NCBI GenBank assembly: GCA_013416795.1
Contig: RQSC01001079.1
Location: forward strand, 49,532-113,531
Length of the DNA stretch: 64,000 nt
From: Prasinococcaceae sp. CCMP 1430
Taxonomy: Eukaryota; Plantae; Prasinodermophyta
Reading direction: 5' to 3'
The position numbers and the translations under genes were made by a program. The notes beneath the pieces are model-generated. The model saw nothing but the letters and a program-made list of their open reading frames with translations. It ran no database searches and was not told the origin of the DNA. This document shows, one piece after another, positions 1 through 11,054 of this stretch (position 1 is the first letter of the stretch; the number at the start of each line of letters is the position of its first letter).

Positions 1-36
1 GCCGCCCCGGCGAGACGGCGCTCGCGCGCTCGCGCC

Positions 37-1638
37 ATGGGCTGCGGCGCGAGCTCGTCCGCCGCCGCGGCCCACGCCGGGGACCGCCTCGCTCCACTCC
101 CCGCTCTGTCAGGGGCGTCGGCGGGGACGATGGTGCGCGCGTCGCTCGGCGCTGGCGAAAGATCGTCCGCTGGGTCAGTGCTGCCCGACGTGCACAAAAT
201 GTCGTTCTCCCAGCACCCAGAACGCATCAAGCGCTGGGCATCCAAGGGCAATGTCGAGAGCCAGTACACACTCGGCGAGGAGCTGGGCAGCGGTGCGTTC
301 GGCGTGGTGCGCCTAGCTACGCATAATGAGACCAAGACGCAGTGGGCTGTCAAGTGCATGTCGCTGGAAAAGCTCGGCGGCAGCTCGTCTGAGGACGAGA
401 AGGCGCTATGGAACGAAGTGGGACTGCTGCTCGGCCTCGATCACCCCAACATTTGCAGGATGACCGAGTTCTTCGTCGTGGGCGGCGACCTCTTCCTGGT
501 GATGGACCTGCTGGAAGGCGGCGAATTGCTGGACGCGCTCTGCGACAAGGGAAACTACACGGAGAGCGATGCGCGCGAAGTCATGCGGCAGTTGCTCTCC
601 GCCCTGGCGTACCTGCACTCCAAGGGGGTGGTGCACCGGTGCGTGGCGCGCATCTCATAGTCTGTGTGCGCGCACGGCCCCCTCGCGCTCGCGCGCTCGC
701 GCGCCGTGCAGCATCGGCCCCCTCTCGCCCCCTACGCGAGCACCAGAACGCGTGCGGCGCGCTGACGGCGCCCGACTACATCCCTGCCTCGGCGCGAGCG
801 AAACAGTGACATAAAGCTGGGCAACCTCATGCTGCCGTCGGAGGAGGACCAGACGACCATCAAATTGATAGACTTCGGGCTGAGCTTGCGAACGACCGAG
901 GAACATCTCAGCATGCTCTGCGGCACGCCGGTGTACGTAGCACCCGAGCTCGCCACGGCGGTCCTCACGAAACGCAAGCGGCGCAAGCAGGGCCTCGCGC
1001 CGCTCACGTACACGAAGGCAGTGGACGTGTGGGCCTGCGGTGTCATCATGTACCTCCTCCTGGTAGGCGAGGTGCCCTTCAAAGCGGACGACGAAATTGG
1101 CATGTTCAAAACGGTAGTAAACAACCGCCTGCACCTCGGCGGCGAGGACTGGCAACACGTGAGCGCCGGCGCCAAGGCGGCGCTCAAGCGCATGCTCGAA
1201 CGCGACCCGAACAAGCGCGCGACGGCCGCCGACATGCTTTCCGACCCTTGGTTCGCCACAGCGGACGCCGACGTGGACCGCACCGACGGGAGGCTCGATA
1301 ACGCAGCGGCCAAGCTGCGAGCGCTGAAGGCGCGCAGGCGCATGAAGGCTGTGGCCAACACGATTCGAGCTGTGTACCGGATGACAACGACGAACTCCGA
1401 TTCGAGGGAGCAGGTCAACGAGGGCACAGGGGAGGGTGAGGCGGGGGGCGGAAAGGGCAGCGGGCATACACGTAGTGACGCGGACGAGGTGGTCGACGCG
1501 ATCCACAAGGAGGCAAGTCGCGACGGCGTCATGAGCGGCGGTGAGCAGGCTCACGGACCAGCTGCTCATGCCGCCAGTGCTGCCGAACCAGAAAGCGAGA
1601 CCGCAGAAGCGACGCGCGTGTCACGGCTCGAGATGTAA
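37..1638 (+). CDS. Ca2+/calmodulin-dependent-type Ser/Thr protein kinase, N-myristoylation motif; exons 37-638, 807-1638
   Basis: LGSGAFGVV, AVK, DFG, GTPVYVAPE and DVWACG motifs. Splicing GT(639)..AG(806) rebuilds HRDIKLGNL. Starts MGCGASS. C-terminal basic amphipathic segment KLRALKARRRMKAVANTIRAV resembles a CaMK regulatory tail. Confidence 0.9.
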
Positions 1639-1819
1639 GGCAGGTCGCCACGCATGGTTGCGCGCTCGTGCTCGTTTGCAACGCGGGTCCACGCGCCAAA
1701 AGCTGAGATTTGTACACATTAGTCGGCGAACGGGCAAGGCATCGCGCCGTCGCCTTCAGGCGCTCCGCGCCCTCGCAGTTCTTCGCAGGCGCGCCTCCTG
1801 CCCTCTTTTGTCTGTACAT

Positions 1820-2640
1820 TCACGCGCTCGCATCAGCCTCCTCGACGCCAGCCTGCTGGATGAGCTCGCCGATGCTCTTCTCGAGATCGTCGATGCGCGA
1901 GCCCATCTCGTCGATGCGGCCGATGATCGAGTCAGACATGGTCTGGAAGCGAGTTTGCTGCGGAAGGCGGGCATGCATCGGGGGCGCGCGCAAGCGGCAC
2001 AGAAGGCGATACGTCAGCGTCGGCACATGTCGCCGGAACAAGGGCGCCCCGAAGCCCGGACGCCATCCGCGCGCGCGACGCTTTGCAGGGCGCACGCGTG
2101 CGCGTGACGCCTCATGCAAGTCAGTGCTCGTACCATCTGCTGCAGCAGACTCTGCACGAACTCGGTGAGATCAGCCGTGCTCTCGGGCGTTTCGCCCACC
2201 GCAGGAGTGCTTGGCGCCCCAGAGTCCGCCTGCGGAGCCAAGAAGACGCGCACGTAGCGCAGGTGTACGGGCACCGGTCAGCAACGATTTGAGCGCAGCA
2301 GGCGCGCCCGCAGCGCGCGTGAGAGAGAGAGAGAGAGAGTCAGAGAACTCGCCCCAAGTTTCGTCGTTGTCGCCTTCGATTCGACGCCTCGCTAGCACCC
2401 CTTGCTCTGCATCTAGGCTTTCAAACTCCGTGCCCCCCTCGAGCGGCAGCCACGCCCTGCCTGCTCTCGGGCATGTGCGCGTGCGCTCCGCCTCCGCGGC
2501 TGTGCACGCGCCTCCGCACTCCGCGCTCTGCCTTCTGCCGCGGCGCATGCGCAAGCGCGCGCGCGCGCGCGCGCGCAAGCGCGCGCACAAGCGCCGCGCC
2601 GCGCGCACTCCCCCACCCAGCACCTCCGAGCACGCACCAT
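1820..2640 (-). CDS. HSBP1: Heat shock factor-binding protein 1; exons 2640-2638 (ATG only), 2229-2134, 1957-1820
   Basis: Spliced product MADSGAPS...[48 protein letters not shown] matches the HSBP1 signature. Both introns are GT..AG and in phase. Confidence 0.9.
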
Positions 2641-3053
2641 GACCGCCTTGGCCCCGCGCCGGGCGCCGCGCCGGTGGCCGTGTGCGCTATGGCGCCGCGC
2701 CCCGCACCCCGCACACGTGGGCATGCGCTCGCGCGCGCTCAAAATAAAAAACGGATGCGCATCCTTAATATTAAACCGCGAAATTCCTTACCAGGTAAAT
2801 GTAAATATAGAAGGTGCACACAAACGACGGATACCAAAGTATCATTTATTGTCATCAGAACGGCTTTGTCATCCAAGGACCCTATTACGTCGATAGAAAC
2901 CCTAATTCGACACCCCTATCCTCGCGGCTGCGCCGGCGGCGGAGGCGGAGGGAGAGGAGGCGGAGGTGGCGACGAGGGAGCTGCGCCGCGGCGTGCGGCG
3001 CGGCGGCTCGCGTTGCCGCACGCGCGCACGGCAGGCGGCGGCGTGCGGCGAGG

Positions 3054-3498
3054 CTACGCGGCGCCGCCGTCGAGCGTCGCCAGGCCACCGTACAGCCCGG
3101 GCCGGCGATCGCGGAAGAGCCCCCAGCTCGCGCGCTGCAGGCGCATCCGGTTGAGGTCGAACGTGCCCATCGCCAGCGATATGCCGTCCGCCGTTTCTGT
3201 CGCCACCCCCTCGCCGCTGCCATCGCCTGTCCACCACTCGCATTCGCCGCACAGCTCGCCGGTCGGCCCCGCGACGAATGAGCCGCCGTAGAATGTGATG
3301 GACTGGTCGGTCCCGTCCGCGGCGGGCTCGACGCCGCACCTGTTGGCCGCGGCGAGCACGCACAGGTTGGCGCCGGCGTGCCCGCGCATGACCGTGCGCC
3401 AGTGCTCGCGCGAATCGAGCGTCGGGTCCTGCGGCTCCGAGCCGATGGCGGTGGGGTACAGCAGGATCTCGGCGCCGCGCAGCGCCATGCAGCGCGCC

Positions 3499-3538
<40 letters not shown>

Positions 3539-4019
3539 CGCGGCCGAAGCGCGTGTCAAACACTCGGAAGCCTGTATCGCCGGGCGAGAAGTAGAACTTT
3601 TCTTGGTAGCCCGGGCCGTCGGGGATGTGACTCTTGCGGTAGGTGCCGAGCTCGGTGCCGTCGGCGTCGAACACAACGACCGTGTTGAAGTGCGCCTGGC
3701 CGGCACGTTCGAAGTACGACACCGGCAGGACCACACCGAGCTCGCGGGCGAGCTTCGAGAAGCGCCACAGGAGCTTGTCCGCGCCGGCGGAGGCGCTGCC
3801 GCCACGCTCCCTCGCGAGTGAGAAGAGTGCCTCGTGCTGCACCTGGCAGAAGTAGCGGTCACTGAAGAGCTCCTGCAGCAGCACGACCTGCGCACCCGCG
3901 GCCGCCGCCTTGCGCACCGCCAACTCGGCGCGCGCCTCGTTGGCTGCACGGTCGGCGCAGCACGCGAATTGCGCGGCGGCGACCGTCACGCGCCGGGGCT
4001 CGGGGGCGGGCGGGAGCAT
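3054..4019 (-). CDS. aguB: N-carbamoylputrescine amidase (nitrilase family)
   Basis: Catalytic E-K-C motifs LLQELF, YRKSHIPDGPGYQEKFYF and GICWDQWFPEAAR, plus YPTAIGSEP and FRDRRP typical of AguB/NLP1. Intronless. Confidence 0.92.
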
Positions 4020-4186
4020 GCCCGCCGCGAAGCCCGCGCGGCCAGGCGCGCAACGGATGAGGCGTCTTCTTGCACGGGGGGCGCCGCGGTGCGCTCGCGG
4101 ACTGGCACCAAAGCGCGAAAGTGACAGACTGGGATCACTGACAAAAAAATTAAAAGCGGTGCCCGCCCGGTGGTCGCTGCCAACAT

Positions 4187-6658
4187 CTACACCGACGGTG
4201 GGCCGCCGCCCGCGGCATCGGCGCCCTCATCAGTGCCCCTGGCGAGAGCGAAAGGCGCAGATACCTTCCCCGCCACCGAGGTGACGCTTGCAGCGATGCG
4301 TGGAGCGGGCGGGCTCGTGGCTGCTGCACCGCCGGATGGGGACGCGTCGGTCGGGAGAGAATCAGGCTCCACGGCCGCCGCCGCCCCGGCGCCAAGTCCG
4401 CACTCCGGCTGCGCGCAGCCAGCATCTACCTCAACTTGCTGTTCTCGCCGTGCCTCCTCAAGGAGCAAGGTGATCTGATCGGGAGTGGCCTTTTCGATGT
4501 GCGAGGTGACCAACGAGCGGATCTGCTTGTCCACGTTCTCCAGAGCGTCTTTCCCCTCCTTCTCGGCGCGCACGCGCTCGAGGTAGTCGTTTCCAGCAGA
4601 CGTAGTGCTCACCGACCACACGGTCGGCGCAGCGGTGCTCGGTCGCACGAGCGCGGCAGCGCTGTCGTCACCTTCGGCAATGTGGTGAGCAGCCTCGAAT
4701 CGCTCGATGCGCGCCTCAATGGCGGCGAGGCGCGCGGCCTCAGTATCGTCGGTCGCAAAGCCGCTCATCCACACGCTCGACACGCGCGACGAGCCGTCGT
4801 CTGTGGCGTCGTCGTCCACTCCATCAGGATCCGCCTCCGCTAGGATGCGTTCGACCAGTTCCTCGTCGGCCTGTGACAGTGAGCCAACGAACACGCTCTT
4901 CACCAGGAGCGCGTTACGACGGAGGATGTCCTTCGGATCGGCCTCCGAGGCACCCACATCGCAATCGTCTCCGTCCCCCTTGCCCGCTCCCACGCCGGCA
5001 AGCGTAATTGCGAGGCGCCGCGCGCGCTTGCGCCTCTTGCGCGCGAGGCGCAGCGCCTCGGCTGCCTTATTGTCCGCGTCCGCCCGCCGTACACCCTGGC
5101 GTTCTTGCATCTCCTGTGGCACGCACTTCCGGAGCCTGGCCTGTGCCGCGGCCTCCGCCGCCTGGAGCTGCTCATCCAGTTTCGACACAGCGGCGATACC
5201 TTCACGCTCCTTTGTCGAGAGGCGGGGGGCGAGGGCGGCGTCCGCCGAGTCGTCGTGCCGATCGCCACCTTCGAGCGTGGCACTGACACGCATGGAGACA
5301 TCCGCGGCAAACGAGCTCAAGCTGCTGAGGAACTCGCTCGCTCGGCGCGAGCGCGTGTCATCTACGTCATCGCTGGGGGGCTCATCCTGTCCGTCGCTTG
5401 GCGCATGGGCCATGACGCGCGCCTCAAGCTGGGCAATAGCGTCATCAACCGATGAGTTGAACGCTGGCCCAAGTTTCACCGCCCCCGCACCGCTTGCGAG
5501 CCGGGACATGTACCCACGCAGTTCGAAGCGACGGGATTCCTGTTTCGATGTGAGCGCCGACAGAACGTCGTCGGCTGAGCTCGAGCACTCGCAAGCTGCT
5601 TGGGCACTGGCGAGCGGCGGCTGGACCTCGTCCTCGACGGCGCCACTGCCGCCTGCTACGACGCGCTGCCCCTGCCCCTCCGCCTCAGCCTCCGCTTGTA
5701 CCTTCGGTGAGCACCGCTCGGGCGCAACGCCAAGAGCTGCCGCTGGTGCCATCATCTGGATCGCAGCCTCCACCTCGGGTTCGATGGACGGTCCCGCGAG
5801 CGAAGGCGGGCCTTCGTCGGCCACATCCGAGTCGGACGCGGGCGACGGCGACGCTTCGTGGTCCTCCGCGGTGCCATTGTCGTCGTTGCAGGCGTTGGCC
5901 AGTTCCTTTGGGAGTTCGATGGCGTCGTTCAGCCTCAGCGATTCCATGTACGACATCAGCTCCGCGCGGCGCGCCGCAGCCGCGTCCTCCTGCTCGACCA
6001 GAGCGCGCGCTCGGCTCGCTCGCAGCGACCCGGCGCCCGCTCTGCCCGCGTCTAACTTTGGCGTCGGAGCGCGCTCAGATCTCGCACTCGACGGCGCTTC
6101 AGCCTCGCACGCCCTAGAGGGTGGCCGCTCCGACCTGCTCGACAGCGGGCGCGCCGCGGACGTGCTCGAGGGGGGGGGCGACTGCTCTTCCTCCACGCCC
6201 GCCACACCCGTCAGGACGAAAAAGCCGCCCGCACTGCTCGCGGCGCTCGCCGGCCGCGACGCCGCGACGGTCGGCGCCATCGGCAGCGCGCCGGACGTGC
6301 GATGCGACATCGAGAGCTGCGCGCCGCCAGCGATTGTCGCAGTGCTCGGCCGCGCCGCCCCCCCATCGACGCTCTGCTTGCGCCGGGGGCCCACCGCGCC
6401 TGCTGACCGCGGCCGTGGCCGCGCGGGGTCGCCGCCGCGCTCGGCATGCCGCCGCTGCGCCCCCGCCTTGCCTCCTGGTGGCTCGGGCGGCAGCTCTTCT
6501 AGCACGCCGCCCCGCCCACGCGGCGTCCCCGCCCGCGACACCCCTTCCACCACCGCCGTCCCCGCCGCGTCTGGGCCCTTGCCGCGTACCCGCACGACGG
6601 GCGACGTGTACGCCATCCCGGGCCGCCGCCGCCACGGCGGTGTGGTGGCGCGCGGCAT
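4187..6658 (-). CDS. Low-complexity coiled-coil protein, FSIP1-like C-terminal half
   Basis: 823-aa ORF. Segments AVSKLDEQL, DILRRNALL..ELVERIL, GFATDDTEAARLAAIEARIERF and YLERVRAEKEGKDALENVDKQIRSL follow the layout I recall for fibrous sheath-interacting protein 1. Confidence 0.55.
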   Translation of the reverse strand: MPRATTPPWRRRPGMAYTSPVVRVRGKGPDAAGTAVVEGVSRAGTPRGRGGVLEELPPEPPGGKAGAQRRHAERGGDPARPRPRSAGAVGPRRKQSVDGGAARPSTATIAGGAQLSMSHRTSGALPMAPTVAASRPASAASSAGGFFVLTGVAGVEEEQSPPPSSTSAARPLSSRSERPPSRACEAEAPSSARSERAPTPKLDAGRAGAGSLRASRARALVEQEDAAAARRAELMSYMESLRLNDAIELPKELANACNDDNGTAEDHEASPSPASDSDVADEGPPSLAGPSIEPEVEAAIQMMAPAAALGVAPERCSPKVQAEAEAEGQGQRVVAGGSGAVEDEVQPPLASAQAACECSSSADDVLSALTSKQESRRFELRGYMSRLASGAGAVKLGPAFNSSVDDAIAQLEARVMAHAPSDGQDEPPSDDVDDTRSRRASEFLSSLSSFAADVSMRVSATLEGGDRHDDSADAALAPRLSTKEREGIAAVSKLDEQLQAAEAAAQARLRKCVPQEMQERQGVRRADADNKAAEALRLARKRRKRARRLAITLAGVGAGKGDGDDCDVGASEADPKDILRRNALLVKSVFVGSLSQADEELVERILAEADPDGVDDDATDDGSSRVSSVWMSGFATDDTEAARLAAIEARIERFEAAHHIAEGDDSAAALVRPSTAAPTVWSVSTTSAGNDYLERVRAEKEGKDALENVDKQIRSLVTSHIEKATPDQITLLLEEARREQQVEVDAGCAQPECGLGAGAAAAVEPDSLPTDASPSGGAAATSPPAPRIAASVTSVAGKVSAPFALARGTDEGADAAGGGPPSV

Positions 6659-6659
6659 G

Positions 6660-7070
6660 CCATGCCAGTCCGCGCGCGCGGCGCCGCGCGCCGCATTTGC
6701 ACGCGCGCGAGGAGAGGCACACGCACAGACTCGGATTTAGGGTCAGGGTTAGCACACAGCCAAAACCAAAAAAAACTGAAGCTGGAGGGACGCAGGTGCG
6801 GATCAAACGCCCCGCAACGACCACAGCAACAACCCCCCCAAAAAACCAAAAAAAAATCGAACTCACGCACACCCACGCACGCGTGAATATGACTTTGAAC
6901 GTGCACTCAAAATTTGATCGGTCCATCAAAGTGCATGCGAGGCGGGAGGCGGGACGCGGCCCCCCCGTTCCCCAACGGGCCGCTCGACAGCACCACTTGC
7001 CCGAGCGAGGCGAGGGGCGCGCCCGCCACAGCGCGCGCGCGGCCCCGCGCGGCGACTGCGCACGAGGGGG
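6660..7070. promoter_or_regulatory. Bidirectional promoter region (FSIP1-like / CEP104)
   Basis: AT-richer island with A-tracts and TTTAGGGT / AGGGTTAG telo-box-like motifs (6736-6752), lying between two divergent start codons. Confidence 0.55.
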
Positions 7071-9290
7071 ATGGCCGCGGCCGGCGCCGCCGCCGCGACG
7101 GGCGCGAGCGCGGACCCCCCCGACGCCGCCAGCATCAAGCGCACGGGCCGCAAGCTCTTCTTCCGCGTTGAGGGCGCGACGTCCGAGGACCCCGAGCACC
7201 CAGCGCGTGCACTTGCCGTCGGCCCGAGCGCCACCTCCGATGGGTGGCGCTGCGCGCGGTTCTGCGCCTTCCCGCAGGCGCTCACGCTGCGCCTCGAGCG
7301 GCCGGGCAGCCACGTGCGCTCCGTGCAGGTGCTCAGCCACGAGGCGCTCATCACACGCAAGCTAGAACTATGGCTGGGGTACCTGCCGCCCGAGTCCGAA
7401 GTGGGACATCGCCCGCGCGACGAGGTCGAGCCGGTGTGGAAGAGGCTCGGCCACGTGGGCTTTGGGGACAACGAGAAGAACGACTTCGGTGCGCGAGAGC
7501 TCAAAAGCGTCGCGCTCGACGAGAAGCGCGTGACGCACGTGAGGCTGGTGCTCGCCCGTTGCCACGTGAACAAGCGCAACATTTACAACCAAGTCGGCCT
7601 CGTCGCCGTCACCGTGCTCGGCGAGCCCGAGGGGGGCGCGTACGGCCCGTCACATGGCATCGGCGCGGCGCCCACGCCATACGAGCTCGAGCTCGAGCTC
7701 AGCATGGACCCGGCCACAGCGGAGGTGGTGCGCGAGCTTCACTCCGCGAAGGTGGCAGCCGTGTCTCGAGAGGACTACGTCGAGGCAAAGCGGCTCAAAG
7801 AGCACATCGACAGGCTGCGACATGTCGGGGTGCGCGTGGCCCAACTTGAGGCCCGGAAACGACACGCCGAGGCGAGAGAGGACTACGACACGTGCAAGGA
7901 GCTCAAGGCGGAGATCGACGTGCTGAGGATGCACGGGCTACAGGCGGCCACGGGAGCGAGAGCGAGAGCAGAAAAGCGGACGCAGCAGGCGGCGCTGGAG
8001 CAGCAGGTGCAACAGGCGTCGCTCGATCAGCTCACGGCACCGATGCCGCCCCCCCAGAGTCAACGCAGCCTCTCGCGACAGCATGCGGTGGCGGCGGCGC
8101 AACAGCCCATGACGCCGCAGTCGGAGGTGGCGCCGCAAACGCCCGTCGCCGAACCATCGCCAGCCTCTGTCCGAGCCGCGGCAACCCCCTCGCCCGTAGC
8201 GGCTCAGACAAGCGCGCCGGCACCGGAGCTACTCCGTGCGTCCCCTCCTGCAAACGAGGCTGCTCCGCTCGGGTTCAACAAGGCAGTGCCCGCGGCGAAT
8301 GCGTACCAGTCGTACGACGACAGGCCTGTCGATGGCGGCGGTAAGACCCACGCGGAGCACATGGAGCTCCTCGAGCAAGAGGAGAGGGAGCGCGTGCAGC
8401 GTGGTGCGGTTCCAAGCATCCTCTCCGCCGGCGAAAAAGAGGCCAGCGGAGACCTGAGCGCCGAGGCGGCCGCGGGCGCGGCGGGTGCCGAGCAGGCCCC
8501 GTCTGAGCCGTCGCAACCCGAGCCCTTGTCTGCGGCCGACGCGAAGGACGCCCGGCGGCTAATTGAGCTCTTCGGTGAGCACACAATTGCATGCGCCTAC
8601 AGCCGCACCTGGTCGCTGCGCGAGGCCGCGCTGGCCAAGGTGGAGGAGGAAATGTCTGGCGCGTGCGAGAGCGACGCCGCCCTCGCATGCCGCTGCACTC
8701 TGCGGCTGCTGGAGAGGTACATGGCCGACAACAACGTCGCCGTGTTCACGGCCGCCCAAGGCGCCCTGCGAGCGTGCTACGACTGCGCGTCCTTCTACGA
8801 GGCAGACGCCAGCGAGCTGGCGGCGGAGACGGAGAACCTGTGCGTCGCGCTGGTGAAGCGCGTCGGCGACGGCAACTCGCGCATCAAGCAGCAGGTGGAG
8901 AAGACGGTGATCTACCTCGCCGGTCACGACGCCTGCGGCACCACACCCCTCGAAAACGCAATCTGCATATCGCAGAGCGCCAGCAAGAAGGCTTCGGCGC
9001 GTGGCACGGTCGGGCGGCTAGACCTGCTGCTCGATCTCGTACCGAAATACTCGGTGTACGACGGCGACTCCGGCGGGGCGCACTTGACGCTATCGCTGGT
9101 GATGAAATTTGCGGTCGCCGCGTTCGACGACTCGAGCAGCGACGTGCGCAACCGCGCGACCAAGGTCGTGCTCGAATGCTACCAGTGCGTCGGCAACGTC
9201 GTGAAGCGGTATCTGAAGAACGTGAAGCCGGCCATACGCGACGTGCTGGAGACCGGCTTCGAGCAAACAGTCGTCGGCGCCGGCGGGTGA
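7071..9290 (+). CDS. CEP104: Centrosomal protein CEP104/FAP256-like (jelly-roll, UVR coiled coils, TOG domain)
   Basis: N-terminus GWRCARFCAFPQALTLRL, LGHVGFGDNEKNDFGARELKSV and NIYNQVGLVAV; K..AV..EDY..AK..K repeats; HEAT/TOG region AYSRTWSLREAAL..SSSDVRNRA. Confidence 0.88.
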   Translation: MAAAGAAAATGASADPPDAASIKRTGRKLFFRVEGATSEDPEHPARALAVGPSATSDGWRCARFCAFPQALTLRLERPGSHVRSVQVLSHEALITRKLELWLGYLPPESEVGHRPRDEVEPVWKRLGHVGFGDNEKNDFGARELKSVALDEKRVTHVRLVLARCHVNKRNIYNQVGLVAVTVLGEPEGGAYGPSHGIGAAPTPYELELELSMDPATAEVVRELHSAKVAAVSREDYVEAKRLKEHIDRLRHVGVRVAQLEARKRHAEAREDYDTCKELKAEIDVLRMHGLQAATGARARAEKRTQQAALEQQVQQASLDQLTAPMPPPQSQRSLSRQHAVAAAQQPMTPQSEVAPQTPVAEPSPASVRAAATPSPVAAQTSAPAPELLRASPPANEAAPLGFNKAVPAANAYQSYDDRPVDGGGKTHAEHMELLEQEERERVQRGAVPSILSAGEKEASGDLSAEAAAGAAGAEQAPSEPSQPEPLSAADAKDARRLIELFGEHTIACAYSRTWSLREAALAKVEEEMSGACESDAALACRCTLRLLERYMADNNVAVFTAAQGALRACYDCASFYEADASELAAETENLCVALVKRVGDGNSRIKQQVEKTVIYLAGHDACGTTPLENAICISQSASKKASARGTVGRLDLLLDLVPKYSVYDGDSGGAHLTLSLVMKFAVAAFDDSSSDVRNRATKVVLECYQCVGNVVKRYLKNVKPAIRDVLETGFEQTVVGAGG

Positions 9291-9380
9291 CCCCCCACCC
9301 CCACCCCCCCCCGCGCGCGCACCTCAGCCAACTCTAATAATAATCGACCGGCTGGATTGGTACAACTATTTTACATTCGA

Positions 9381-11049
9381 TCATTGCTGCCGGCGAGCGT
9401 CAGCGTCCGCCTGCTCCGCGTACTCGCCCGCGCGCAGTAGGAAGCGGGCCTGCTGCTGCACCACGAGCTTGCCGTCGCTGAAGAGCGCGCGGCTGACGGG
9501 CCCGCGCCCCAGGGCACAGATCTTGTTGTGCGCCATGAGCGGCACGGGGAAGGCGACGGCCACCTCGTACCACTCCATGCTCGTGAGGCGCTCGGCGATG
9601 CGCTCCATATGCTGCAGGCGGGGGCTCGCCTTGCGCTCGCGCGCGCTGCTTGCGGCCGGGGCCTCAAAGCGCGGCACAGGCCGCTCGTACAACACGTTGT
9701 TCGACAGGCTCCAGTCCTCATCCTGATTGGCGGGCAAGAAGTGCTCCGAGGGGAGCAGCCATGGCAGCGGTCCCTGCGGCAGCGGGCGCAGCGCGGACGT
9801 CTGCCAGGGCACCATCACGTCGTTCACTAGGTTGGCGAACGTGCAGCGCCGTCCGAACGCGCGCAGCGCCGAGGCGAACTGCAGGCCGTCAGGGACGCCG
9901 GGCGGGGCATCCTCGGTCATGCGCACGAGCAGCGGGGTGCTGCTCTGGCCACCGCCGCCGCCACCGTCGCAGAGCATCAGCTGCTGTATCGTGGGCAAGC
10001 TGACGACCGCCGCCAGCCCGGCAACCCATTCGAGGATCGCACCCGGAATGAGGCCCATGACGCCGTGCTCGCCCACGCCAAGGTGGGGCGATGCGGTCGT
10101 CAGGAATGTGTCGGCCTGCAGGCGCGGAGTGCGCGGGGTGACGCGCGGCAGCCGGGAGGCGCGCGCGCGGGGAGGCAGGTGGAGCACGCGAGCGTCAGAG
10201 AGAGAGAGAGGGGGAATACGCGAGCGTCGGCTCGAGCGGCTGAGGCAGTCTCGCGACAGAGCGCAGTGCGCACTCTCGAGGCTCGCGAATGCGCGCTCCC
10301 TCGCGCGCAGAGGCACGCACCTGCAGCCCGGCGAGCGTCCCGTCGTCGTCCGAGTACAGCAATGCGGCGGCGTAGCGGCAGTATATGCCGCCGAGCGAGT
10401 TTCCCACCAGCGAGATGCGCTCGAGCTGTGGGTGGCGCGCGATGACTTCGCGAATCTCGTCGGCGAGGCGCTGGCCACCCGCCTCGACGCCGTCGTACGT
10501 GCGCGCGACCAAAGGCACGCGCAAGTACTGCATGAATTTCGGCACTTCCCCAGCCGCCTCGGCGTCCTGCTGCGGTGCGGCGTTGCACTTCGCGACGTGC
10601 ACGATGGCGTTCGAGTCGGCGCCCAGGGCGTCGCGAAGGACATTGAGATCGCGCGGCGTGCCGCCGAGGCCGTGGCACAGCACGTAGAGGTGGGTGGGCG
10701 GCCGGCGCTCGGTGCGCGGCGCCCCTGGCGGGGCGGCGCGCACGGAGGCCCGCCCCGCCGCGGTCGCCTGCCTGGCAGCGCGCGCGCCCCGCAGCCGCGA
10801 CAGGATCCCGTTCGATAGCCGTGCGACGATCCCCGCGCGCGGTTTCGCCATCGGCGATGGCAGCTGCTCCATGCTCGCCGCGCGCTGCAGCGGCGCAGCG
10901 GCCGTGCCTGCGCCGCCGCCTCCGTCCTCGCCCGCCGCGCCTTGCGACGCGGGTGCCGCAGGATGCATCGACGCGGCTCCGCTGGCTCCCTGGAACTGCG
11001 CGTCGGACCCCTCCGTCCTTCCGCCCGCGCCGCCCGCAGGTCCCTCCAT
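9381..11049 (-). CDS. DUF676 putative serine esterase/lipase; intron 10320-10116; N-terminus may extend to about 11490
   Basis: HLYVLCHGLGG, nucleophile elbow ISLVGNSLGGIYCRYA, then after a GT..AG intron FLTTASPHLG. Confidence 0.85.
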
Positions 11050-11054
11050 CGCGC

